Below are positions 25,428 through 37,514 of a DNA stretch of 64,000 nt, in pieces. The DNA lies in assembly GCF_964204645.1 (NCBI RefSeq), contig NC_134025.1:17025101-17089100 (forward strand), written 5' to 3'. The notes under the pieces are model-generated. The model saw nothing but the letters and a program-made list of their open reading frames with translations, was not told where the DNA came from and ran no database searches. The position numbers were made by a program, and so were the translations under genes. This DNA is from Tubulanus polymorphus (taxonomy: Eukaryota; Animalia; Nemertea). Position 1 is the stretch's first letter, and every line of letters starts with the position of its first letter.

Positions 25428-26581
25428 CAGCACATATTGTATGTATCTTTGCAATTTGTATAATTTTAAGACGAGAAATGGAGCTTCAGGCTTGTTAGAA
25501 TGAACAAATCTAATCAAAAAGGGGCAATATTTTGAGAAATAATTATCTCCTATTTACCAATTTTTCTTACGAATTACTCTTAGAAGATATTTCTGCCTTC
25601 TTATTCTACCTCACAAAACACTAATCCAAACTGAGTGTTTTCATGAGTACTAGTACAAATAGTTTCAACAATTGCTACCAAGCGCAATTTTAAATCCCTA
25701 TAGCCTGAAATATGATACTCTCCTGAATGTATGACTGTTAGGCTGGTGCAATCAATTGATAAGCGAACCCACAATGATGATGATAAGATAGATGTTTTTC
25801 TAATGTTTCGAGGTTTAACTGAACCCTATTATCAACGAAATGAAAATTGTAATATAATCGTTTCTCGCTGAAAAGCCCACGGTATTGAGCTGGCCGTATA
25901 TTTTCTTTAGGTTAAGCGCAGATTTGGCGCTTAGCAAGATGGTACTATGTACGCTGCATTCAACCAGGATGATTGGAGTAATTTATTCACGTACGTGGCC
26001 GATTTTTCAATAGTTTTTAGCATAAGAAGCTACTAAAAAGAATGAAAATACGTATTAACATTGTTAAACCCTAACTATCAACAATACATGATGATGAATA
26101 TATTTCGCTGACATTAGATGGTTAGTTGTACGCCAAATGGTCAAACTGCTGTTCGCTAGGCAGGAGATATGGTTCAGAATGGATTTAAGATATATACAAC
26201 ACAATGATGATAGCTTGGAAGCGCCATCTTTAAATCATTTTCAATATCAGATTACTTTAAAGCTGTCTCACTAAGTGCAGAATCATGTGCAAACACCCTG
26301 AAAGTGTGGTATTCAAGCTAATTTGGTACCGGACAAGTATGGTACTTTGTAAGCCAAAAATCCCAAGTGACAGCCACTTAAGAGACAATTTCTAAGATAA
26401 GACAAAATAGGTATATAGACAACGATTATTTAGCAGTATGTTTATTGCAGATAATGTATGGAGATAAGACTTTGTTATAGGCCTAGGGTAACCCGTATTA
26501 GACTTGAAAGTTTTCAGATTTTCTGTCATGATAGCTGATTCTATAATGTGTCATTTTCTAAGGTTATTGCATGGATATAAT

Positions 26582-27147
26582 CAGGGGCAGATCTACGATT
26601 TTTCAAAGGGGGGTGGCTGACAAGAAACGTAATGAAGAGACTGCGACTAGCTCGAATTTTGAAGAAGCCTCGGGAAAGTGGTGGAATTTGACAGAATTTG
26701 TGCGATGGTTTCTGTGAAAATTATGACAACCTGCTGAGCCATGGCCAGGATGAGGTGTTGATAATTTTGATGAGATTATTAGGGGAAGCAGGTCACTTCT
26801 CAAGTATTTGTCATGGTACTGTTTTGGGAAATTTTTGACACAGATTGGGAAAAAAGTCAAATAGTTATGATTGGGAAAATTACCGTTTATCGGATACATA
26901 TACGGCCTAGCGGAATGGCTGGCGATACACTAACTCATCTACGATCAATCATCTCGATGATTGCTCGTAGCATAGTACAGCGTCATACGATAGATATATA
27001 ATACAATAAAGTCGCAACGCTACTGTTAGTTCTGATTCTGAGGCAGCTAATAACATTCTTATCTCATCTTCTTAGAGGGTATTTACACGAAAAAGCCCCT
27101 TATAGAAAATTTTTATCTCCTATTCACCCCCCTTAGATCTGCCCCTG
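26582..27147. mobile_element. hAT-like MITE with 5-bp TSD
   Basis: TIR caggggcagatcta / tagatctgcccctg; TSD ataat on both sides. Confidence 0.7.
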
Positions 27148-29530
27148 ATAATTAATTACCTGTGATTGAAATTGAAAATTTGACCAGTTTCGAAAGTACT
27201 ATGATAAAATTTTCAGTTTTATCATTCATGGAACATCTGTGTTCTTTTATTCATATGATGAGGGATCAGCCAGTTTCTCTAATAAAAACCTTTTCTTATT
27301 AACCACTGGGAATTTTATGTATACCGCATCTGATTAGGTCCTCAGGATTCTTTGTTTTAATATAAGATTACATAAGTGTAAAATATCAGCAGGCCCTATT
27401 CTATTTGAGAGAGGAATTGTTTGATGTGCTTGAGTTCAGATTCTGATTCTAAATATTAAGAGTGATTGATCTCGTAGGCTTCAAGGAAGAGATTTGAAGC
27501 TGCTCCAATTTTAATGTTCATGTCTCGAGGTAACGAAGATATATGTCGGCATGAGATTTGAGTGGGCTTCTGGACTTATGTTCCCCAGTATACAGTCCCA
27601 GGTTCTATATATACGACCCAGGTTGTGTATGTCCCTGGTTCCATGCCTCCCAGGTATTGTGGCTTGTTTTCATATCTATCCCTCTCCATTTGTAATTTGT
27701 GGTTGGAACATCTAAATATACTGACTGAAATTCTTTGGCTATGCGATAATGATGTGAGATATTTTCTAGTGTAAAGTCAGTTTTAGCTACGAGCAATCAT
27801 GATTGCTTGAGGTTTTAGGTATCTAGTCTAGAGGATGATTGATGTTATAAACAGTTTGCCTTGCAGACATTCTTTTCTCAAATACAACAGCTTTACTTTT
27901 ACTGATATAAATCTTCAATTTCAAATGAACCTTTAACAATAAGTAATAGCATATCGAGGTTGTTATCGATCATGAAAGCTGTTGTAAATTGAAAATTGAA
28001 TTGTGGTCATGGGAATTTGGCATTATCTACATCAAGTAATAGAACCATGTTGATAATTGTAATTTTGTAGTTTCCACTAAGACAAATTTTTTATATTGAA
28101 CATACGTACATATATGTGGATTGTTTATCCATAATGATTTATGAAACATAAATCGATCTCACTTGACAAAGAAATGGCGACATATATATTGAAATTGTTA
28201 GATTGTTGAGCTGTTGAAACCACTTCCCAAGTGGGCATGGTGTCCCTGGACCCCTAGTTAAAATTTACACCCCCTAGTGGTTAAGATAGGAACTAATTAT
28301 GTGCGGGGTTCATTGTATTTAGTAGCCAGGTACATGTGTATCAATTTTTATAGAAATCCATCTATACGCTTAATAGTCGATATAGATGTAAATGCGTTAT
28401 CCAGCATTTTAAAGTTGGCGCTACTTGGAAACCAGATGAGTTACATAGTTAAACCATACATCATTACAGGCATCTTGTAAAAGGCTACTGACCACATCAG
28501 TCCATAACATGACTATTTCCAAGAAGCGAAATCTGGGTCATCAATATGCTAGATATGTGGATCCTAAAGGGCTACCACGTATATAGTACTGCTGTACCAA
28601 GTCTAGTCAAAATGACTTAACCGAATATGCAGTGCTTTCAATGTCCCCTGGTCGCAGTTGCATGAACTTGGTAAAGTCTCACATCGAGGCAGGTAGTGGC
28701 CAGAAAAAGAAATATTTCCGGGAAAAATTATGATGCAAGGCAAACACTCATTGTTCACTCTTTTTCCTATCCTCATTTTGAAATTGAAGTATTGTAATAA
28801 ACAATTTATTTGTTTTTGGTGATCAATTAATTTTGTTGTTTTCTTTCTTAATTTACATTCGATTTGGAAGGTCATCTTGCTTAGGAGTCAGTTTGTCGAA
28901 GTAATACAGTCCAACTTGTTTATGTCTCAGTTGCAGCTAGGCAGGGCGGTCATTATATTGCTGACTGATCCAAATTACACTTACACAGCCCAACGTTTTT
29001 CAGTGTGTAAACTCAATCGTACCTGGCATTTTGAATTTTAGCCACCTGAGCCCTCGGCTTGATTCCAGCGAAAGACCTTCACTGACTTCACAGAATTTTA
29101 TTATCAGTCTAGGATTTCCTAAATTTCTGAATGCTTTCTCTGGTTATAAGATAATTTCAAATTCAATCTTGAATACGTAAAAATCAGTCAACCAAATTTT
29201 CCTTTTATTGAAAGAAAATCTACTGAAAACACAGATTTTGAAATGAATGATGTGTCGATTTATCCAGACGAAATAATTACAGCAAAATCAACTGACGATC
29301 AATCAAGGTGAAGTTTTCATTTATCTTCGGATAATTTGTCAACCCTTGATGATACAAGCACTTTGGCTACACCTTTTAAAACCTCAACGCTTTATCTACC
29401 CGCGCCAATTAGTCGGCCACTGTCGATTTTCATGCCATCTGACCTCTTTCCGCCTGTAATTAAGCAATCAAATGTGAGAATTACTCAGTTTTGTAATATA
29501 ATAGAGGAGTGAAAGAAAGTATAATAGATA

Positions 29531-30155
29531 CCGTATTTTCCGGCCAATAAGCCGACTCGGCCAATAAGCCGAGGGCAGTTTTTTAGCCTAAAATACATGG
29601 ATTTCATAAAGCTTCGCCCAATAAGCCGAGGCCCTTCAGCAGAGATTTTAATTCACTGATTTGTCAATTAGTTCGTCTTAATTGACGATTTAAGAGGCTG
29701 ACAGTAGCGCCCGCCGATGTGTGAGAGTGCAGTGTATACTATCATCGCTGAGTGACTGTGCTATATATAGACTCACTCAGCTGATTACTATACACACAGC
29801 CATACACGCAGTACGCGGCTCACTGCTGATTTGCATATATACTAATGTATGAACTGACACGTGGTATTACGATGAACTCGCGCGTAATATAGATGTATAC
29901 CATTGCCGCTGTGCGGTGATGGAACAATCAAAGTAAAAATAAAATAGTTCAAAATAGATTATAATTGGTAGTAAATAATGACCTCAAATGAATATCGACC
30001 ACTTTTCTTGATTTTGACGATCATTGAGAGCATTAGAGTGGCATAGATCAGGAAGTGATTTTTTATGTCAGATCGTATCGGCCCAATAAGCCGATCACGA
30101 TATTTTGGGTAAAAATCTGAGGCTAGAAAATCGGCTTATTGGCCGGAAAATACGG
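29531..30155. mobile_element. Tc1/mariner-pogo-like MITE
   Basis: TA|ccgtattttccggccaataagccga ... tcggcttattggccggaaaatacgg|TA (25-bp TIR), with internal ccaataagccga copies. Confidence 0.85.
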
Positions 30156-31406
30156 TATCTTAGGAGACCAAATGTGTTTGTCGTGAAAAATCTATTACTA
30201 CTGTCTCAGAGCATAGACACTGACCGTTAAGTCATGTGGAATTGGTATTTTAAGGGCTATTCGGTTTACTCCAAAACAAGTGTCTGATAAACTTTAAAAC
30301 GCTTTATCAAGGGTAGGTCGTAGGACTCTTGATGCCAATGAATTATCATCCCATAATAACAATGAATCCAATTCTGCATGTACGTTAGCACGACTGATTA
30401 CTAATCCAAATATTTTAAACATGGAATTAGAAAAAAGCAATTACACAAAACGTCAAGTACTTACAGCATCTGAGACAGTTGCTCATAAGTTACGCCTTTG
30501 ATTGCCAATGACAAAAAAGCTTGATTTGAAACGTACACCTGCACAATGTGGTTTAAATATATTTCCACCAGCTGCAAGAATCTGCAAAGGAATTGAAGAC
30601 TGTAGTGACCAGTTCATTCAACGATTAATAGCTGAAAAGAAAGTAATCGAAATAAATAGTCGTATACATGAGTGTAAACCAGCCCCTTACTAACTACTTA
30701 GGTTTTCACTCGCTCTTCACACTACATTAAGGGCCTAAATCTATTCTAGGCGTATCCCCCAAAAAAGCTAGGCATTAAGTAGGTAGCCAACAATGACTTT
30801 TGCTTCGCCGAGTACTCATTTGCTACCATATCTACACATATCATAGCACCACCCAGTGGAAAGGTGACCTTAACTGCAGTTAGACCACGAAATCATGTCT
30901 AACATTCCCTGGTTAATGGATTCTCACCTTAAAATTACATCAACTCTGCTGTCGTTGTCATCGATCCGAGTAGTCAAGTGAACGCGTAAGTAAAATACCA
31001 TATGAAAATCCCTACCATTTCTGTCCATATCACGTTGATTTGAGCCAGAAATCTTCAGGAAATGTAGCCAACGTAAATTTATTAACAAATAGAATTAATC
31101 CATTGACTCATTTTAGGGATCATAGCTCATTAAAGTCCTAAAACTGCCATGTTGACTGTATATTGTTCGCAGTAAATGACGCATCCGGACTAATTGAAAG
31201 TCTAAATCCGTGATTTACGGTTGAGTTTGACGCTCGAGGTCGTCTGGTAACTTTTAGGCTTTTCGGGATGTACTATTATCAATGGATGACAATGCTTTGC
31301 ATTATTCTTGTCGCTGTTTAGACCTGGTAATTACAAGGGATTAATTCATAATATATAACAACACGCAAATTTAAAACGGTGCATCGATAGGTTATATATC
31401 TCTCCA

Positions 31407-31558
31407 TGTGATGTCCGGGTGGATACAGGCGGATTTAAGGAGGACAGATTCCTGATACTAACAATGAACAGCCATGACAATACAAAAAGCAACTTTATTA
31501 TATGCGGATGTAATAATTACACAATAGTTTGTTTGATGCAGCTGTAACAAATACCACA
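31407..31558 (-). repeat. 3' LTR of the Mag-like element
   Basis: 149/152 identical to 40459-40610; adjacent to the PPT. Confidence 0.95.
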
Positions 31559-31664
31559 CTATCCCCTCTTAATTTTACATGCATAGTTTCCAAATACAGG
31601 CATCCAAACATTACATCACTTAAACATATAAGTATTCTAGACAACCTCTCTTTCAATTAACTGG

Positions 31665-33846
31665 TCAGGTTTCTTGATCATCATCAGTGTACCTTAAACG
31701 AGTTTGGTCCACATGTTTCCTAATGCTTCTACCACTTAACAATTTTACTTCAAGCAACCTATATCCTAACTTACTAACTACAGTACCCGGCAACCATTTT
31801 GGCTTCGAACCTGGGGCATTCTCAACAAAAACTGAGTCACCTTGAGAGATTTCTCTACACAATGTTTTCCCCTTATCGTGATTCCTCTTTTGACTCTCCT
31901 GACGTGCTTCGACTACTTCAGTTAAACATGGAGAAATCAAACTCAAGCGTGTACGCATTTCTACGATACAACAACTCAGCTGGCGATACCCCAGTTACTG
32001 AATGAGGTTGGCTCCTATATCTAAACAGAAATCCAGTTAATCGATTCTGCAAACTACCCCTAGAAAGTTTTTTCAAACCGTTTTTGATTGATTGAACCAT
32101 TCGCTCAGCTAGTCCATTAGAAGCAGGCTTGTAAGGTGCACTCTTTATGTGCTTGATTCCATTATTTATACAAAAATTTTCAAACTCGCTACTAGTAAAG
32201 TTGGAACCATTATCAGACACTAGAGACTTGGGTAAACCATGGACAGCAAAAATGCGTCTCAACTCTCCAATTGTAGCAAAAGAAGTAGTACTGTACATAA
32301 TTGTAGCTTCGACCCATTTCGAAAATGAATCAACAACAACTAAAATCATACGATTTTCAAATGGACCTAGGTAGTCTCTCTGAATACGTGACCATGGGCT
32401 TTTGGGAAAATCCCACATACTTAAAGGAGCTTCTGACAACTTTGCATGGTTCTCCTGACAAATTGAACATTTGCGGACACATTCTTCAAGATTCTCATCG
32501 ATTCCTGGCCACCAGCAAATACTACGACAGACTGCCTTCATGATACAGATGCCTGGATGGGCATCATGAACTTCTTCAATAACACGATTTCGACTAGCAG
32601 TAGGCATTACCACCCTACTACCCCATAGAACACAGCCACAATGAACACTGAGTTCAATGGAACGGCGTTTATAAGATTTGAAGTCTGCCTGCTGGTCCTC
32701 TGGAATGTTTTACCAGTCCCCTGACAGGATGAACTCTCGAACCTTTGATAGGACTGGGTCCCTGTCAGTCAGGTGTCGAATCTGCTTAGCTGTCAGTGGT
32801 GAATTAACATGATTAATACATTGCATAAGATTTACAAACTCTGGGGGTTGAGGTACCGAACCCCCTTGATTATCACTAACTGGTAACCTACTTAAGGCGT
32901 CAGCTACATTTTCAACTCCTTTACGATATTTAATACGATAATCATAACCTGACAACAGTAACCCCCATCGCTGAACACGGGGCGATGCATTAGCTGGGAT
33001 ATCTTTGGCTTCACCTAACAAAGTTACCAACGACTGGTGATCAGTCTCAATTTCAAACTGACGACCATATAGGTATTGATGCATCTTAGTGACACCATAA
33101 ACCACAGCCAAACCTTCTTTCTCACACATGCTGTAATTGCGTTCCGCTGGTTTCATTGTGAGAGAACCGAAGGCATCGGGTTTCCTAACATTATCATCAT
33201 ATACCTGAGATAAAACACAACCGATACCATAGGAAGAAGCATCACACGTCAACACAAGACTTTTTAAGGGATCATAGTGTACCAAAAGTGATTCTGAACA
33301 CAGCAGCTTTTTTGCTTTATCAAAACTTTCCTGGGCAGCCTGGCCCCATTCAAATTTTACCCCTTTTCTCAATAGACCATGCAGGGGCTCCAGCATGGTG
33401 CTAGCTTGAGGTAAGAAGTTAGCATAGTGATTTAGCATGCCAAGGAAAGCTCTTAATTCGGACACATCCCTAGGACACTGGGCATCTTGGATAGCCTTAA
33501 CATTATCAAGTGTAGGACGGATACCCTCAGAGTTGATACATTTTCCTATGTAAGTGACTTCAGGCAACATGAACTCACATTTTGGAAGCTTAACACATAA
33601 ACCTGCTTCCAGTAACTTGCTCAACACTTGACCCAGATTCCTGATGTGATCTTGGTCATCTAGTCCAGTCACTAATACATCATCCATGCGGACGATTGTG
33701 AGAGGGATACCCTTCAGGGATACCATGTTCTCAATGTGCCTCTGAAAAATTCCAGGGGCTGATTTAATACCAAAAGGCATACGATTGTAACGATAGAGTC
33801 CTTTATGAGTGTTGATAGTTGTATACTGCTTTGACGATTCCTCGAG
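31665..33846 (-). pseudogene. pol RT (C-terminal part)-RNase H-integrase, frameshifted
   Basis: MPFGIKSAPGIFQ...RMDDVLV, CDASSYGIG and NVADALSRLP (33780-32710); HDAH..C..C and DSFSKW..SDNGSNF..SNGLAER (32613-31918); KWLPGTV (31958-31665). Confidence 0.9.
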
Positions 33847-36192
33847 CGGTTCCTGAACTTCGCTGAAAAAGCTGAATCGCTGAAACGCTGAAATAAAACC
33901 GCTGAAATTTCAGGGAATTTCTGAAAAACGCCGAAATTTCAGGGAATTCCCGAAAAACGCTGAAATCGTGCTAGGTACCAACAATACACGTTTTGAAATA
34001 TTTTCCGGGCCGGTGTCCGCTGCTGAGTCCTGAACCGTGTTTTAGGTCTACCTTCGGTTACAGAGACATGCATGGACAGTATGTGTGGAGTATACTTCTA
34101 GAGGGCCACTTGTTGGACAAATTAATTCGCTTGAAATCCGGATTTTTAATGCATACAGGCAGCATGATGAGGAGAACCCATTCACAAACCGTGCAAGCCA
34201 ACTTAAACACTATGCTCAATATTCCCTGCAAGACGCAAAATATCTTATTTGAACGTTCATGTATAAAACATGGAGCAACTTTTCTTTTGTCAACACGTTG
34301 ATGGGCGACGGACTATGGTATTCTCTAAAGGAGGTAAATTAAATTTGACAGCTAGTTATATAAATGATGCAGCTTTTGGACAAAAGGGATCTAACTAAAT
34401 TTCTTTTTAATTCACTGACACTGTGGAATGGAATGGATTGACGCCAATGGCATGCAGTAGGCCCCTACGTATGGGTCATACTGATTAGCGTCAACCAATT
34501 AATCTAAATCGGGCGAACCATTCAACAACTGAATAATTTATTTGCTGTGGCGTGATAATAATTAGTTTTTTTTTGAAGAAATGACATACCAACTGTTAGG
34601 AAAATGTTCCGATTCTTATTTTTAGACTACTACTGAATCTATAAAAGGAGGAGTCATAGACAAAGTTGATTTGCTTAGCTGGAGACACTTCTTGTCAAGT
34701 ACATCATCTCAAGTACTGGGTGTTTTGTAAGTTTAATTTCAGTATTTATTAAGTGCTGTTCCCTCGGACCGCAGTGCTTTCAAACTAGGCCCACCCCATA
34801 GGCTATATAGTCCAGGGTGTATTAGCCACTATTCTTTTATATCCTACTAAAATGCACCTTTTTCTATTTTTAGATTCAGGCTTAGAATGTGCAAATTCTT
34901 TGAGATACTGAGAAATCAGATGGCACCAGTAAACTTCAACTGCGAAATTTGCAGCAGGATAGCTGAACGATACAATTTTTAAAAATAAAATGGCTATTCG
35001 AATGCTATTTCAATAATAACTTGATTCAACCAGAGAGAAATAAGTCAATTGTGGATGTACAGTACACGCACTTTTCTTCCCTGTTTCCTGGTACCTAATT
35101 TTTAGTCTTAAGCTAAGCGATATTCTAAGGTATGCTAGTGGATTTCATTAGAATATGAAGCAATGGAACCAGAATTCTAGCCAGAGTTAAGCGAACTATT
35201 GATTCTGATATAGCCTAATGTAAGAACTGATTTCCTTTGTGTACTCTTGCAGAATATGTATTATTTCAAGCTGTTAAGTAATATAGCTAGACAAACGTCC
35301 AATTATTGGATCTTTCTTCTTGACTCGTTTAATTTTGTGAGTTAAGAGTTCCAGTCAATCCACAATGTGCAGTGCCTAGCCTTCATCTACACTAAAGCCA
35401 AGCCTGTGTATGGGAAAATATCGTTCGACTCCTATAGGCCAGACAAATCAAAGCATGCAATACATTGCAGATAATAGTCTCCGGCAAGTCGAAAGAGAAA
35501 GTAAACCAGGTTTTACCCCATACCCTACCGGGGAACAAAGACACTTAAAGACTCCTTCCTCCTGGTAGAAATTGTTGAAATATGGCACCCAATCGTAGCA
35601 ATGCTAAGTACAGTATACTATGACGGTTGAACCTTTATTAACGAATTTCAATGACACCGAAAATAGAAACAAAATAATCATTAGTTCCATGCTAGCACTT
35701 AATTTGTGTTATCAGGTTCAGCCTAACTGTACTTTCATTCAGCTACTACTTGTATGAGACTTGGCAATGATAAGTTGCAAGAAATCACCAAACATAAGAA
35801 AAAATATTGTGAATTAATATTACTGTAATTAAGAATTTATTCAAATGAAGTGATAACTTCATTGTTAGATCGTACCGGTATATGCACATAAAACTATGGC
35901 AAAAAACACATCTAACAATCCACGCAATCCGCAATCGATCAAGTCGATCATGACGACGACCTTAAGGCATATCTCTATAACCGAAGGAAGAGCATAAAAC
36001 ACGGTTCAGGACTCGTCAGCGGACACCGGCCCAGAATGATTTTCAAAACGTGTATTGTCGGTACCTAGCACGATTTCAGCGTTTTTCGGGAATTCCCTGA
36101 AATTTCGGCGTTTTTCGGAAATTCCCTGAAATTTCAGCGTTTTTATTTCAGCTTTTCAGTGTTTCACCTTTTTCAGCGAAGTTCAGGAACCG
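33847..36192. mobile_element. Mutator-like (MULE) non-autonomous element A
   Basis: ~200-bp TIRs starting cggttcctgaacttcgctgaaaaa with repeated gctgaaa motifs; perfect 9-bp TSD ttcctcgag at 33838-33846 and 36193-36201. Confidence 0.85.
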
Positions 36193-37177
36193 TTCCTCGA
36201 GTTCCATCTGCAGATAGGCTTGGGATAAGTTGAGTTTTGTGAACTTTTTCCCACCAGCAAGTCCTGCAAACAAATCTTCCACTTTAGGTATCGGATACGA
36301 ATCTAATTTAGTTACTTTATTCACAGTCAGTTTATAGTCGCCACAAATCCTCACCGAATCTCCATCTTTCTTTAACATAGGCACTATCGGACAGGCCCAT
36401 TCACTGGTTTCGATTGGTGTTAGGATTCCGTCTCTAACTTCACGGTCGAGTTGATTCTCAATTTTCTCCATCATATACGGCACCGAACGAGCTTTGATAA
36501 ATATTGGTGTGGCATTCGGATCCACTTTCAAATTTATCTTAGCCTTGTTGAAAGTTCCAAGTTCCTCTTTGAAAACCTGGTCATACTTTTTCAACAATTC
36601 TTCTACGGAAGTACAAAGCGGAGTCACGGAGTTAACCTTCGCACGGTCGTTTTCGACCTGAATGTCCAGTGCACATAGCCATGGACGCCCTAATAATGTA
36701 GGGCCGCCTCTCGAGACAATCCAAAGAGCCAACGGTTTAACTCTTTCCGCGATACTGAACTTCCACTTCGACGTATCCCACAACAACGATGATGTCGTTC
36801 GTATAGGGCCGCAAGTCTAACTCTGACTTTTTAATAACAGGTCGATTTACCTCGCTCCACAACGAATCAAATGTCTTTTGACACATAGAACGACTAGCCC
36901 CAGTATCGAGCTCCATCTCTACCGAACGATTATTTATAACTAGCGGGATCACTATCGGAGGATCGTGAACATCGGAAATCGCTGTGATGCGCCCCATTAA
37001 TTCATATTCGTTCTCGAGGGCTGAAAATTCTACCCGGTATGCTTGCCCTTGTCTCTCAGACTGGCGATTTCTACGCTGGTTTTCACGACCTTTATTGCAG
37101 TTTTTAGCATTACAAGCCTTCTCAATATGACCAATCTTCTGGCAGAAATTACATTTGAAACGACACACATGAGCCTT
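36193..37177 (-). pseudogene. gag zinc knuckle, protease and RT N-terminal part
   Basis: CNFCQKIGHIEKAC, MELDTGAS, WACPIVP and RICGDYK; joins 33846 across the 9-bp TSD. Confidence 0.9.
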
Positions 37178-37507
37178 CATCATCATCATCATCTGTCGGC
37201 TGCAGCGCAGGCGACCACAAGTCGCCGCCAACTGACTCGATCTTGGGCCATGCTTACTATCTCTCTCTCATCGGCGCCTCCGAGGAGACCCTGGATGTAG
37301 CCCAGGAAGCTGAGACGAGGACGCCCTACTCGGCGTTTCCCATGGGATGGTACATATAGGCAGTAGCGTCGTGCTGGTTCTTCTTCTGGCATGCGGAGGA
37401 GGTGACCTATGAACATAAGCTGCCGTTTGATGACATGCTCCATCAGAGGTCTCGTTCCAGTGTCTCTATAGATTGTTGCGTTTGAGACATGGTCGCTCTT
37501 GGACATG
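37178..37507 (-). mobile_element. 5'-truncated RTE-type LINE
   Basis: ORF2 C-terminus RQLMFIGHLLRM...GKRRVGRPR...AQDRVSWRRLV; (GAT)n tail; TSD gagcctt at 37171-37177 and 37508-37514; inserted in the first gag zinc knuckle. Confidence 0.85.
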
Positions 37508-37514
37508 GAGCCTT

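Larger units (their letters stand above)
24234..28259 (+). mobile_element. HINE-like family B ends enclosing ~4 kb of unrelated or nested DNA
   Basis: 5' ttttagcccacttgggactttagtcccagcgggcta plus (gtcc)n; 3' tcccaagtgggc...ggtgtccctggacccctagtt. That both ends belong to one copy is inferred. Confidence 0.5.

Noticed and set aside
27400-27530. Possible Penelope GIY-YIG C-terminal fragment (FLEAYEI) on the minus strand
   Set aside because: Too short and degenerate to support.
31799-32543. Plus-strand ORFs overlapping the Gypsy integrase (also 11796-12437, 36451-36678, 37043-37300, 40247-40507)
   Set aside because: Antisense shadows of retroelement coding sequence.
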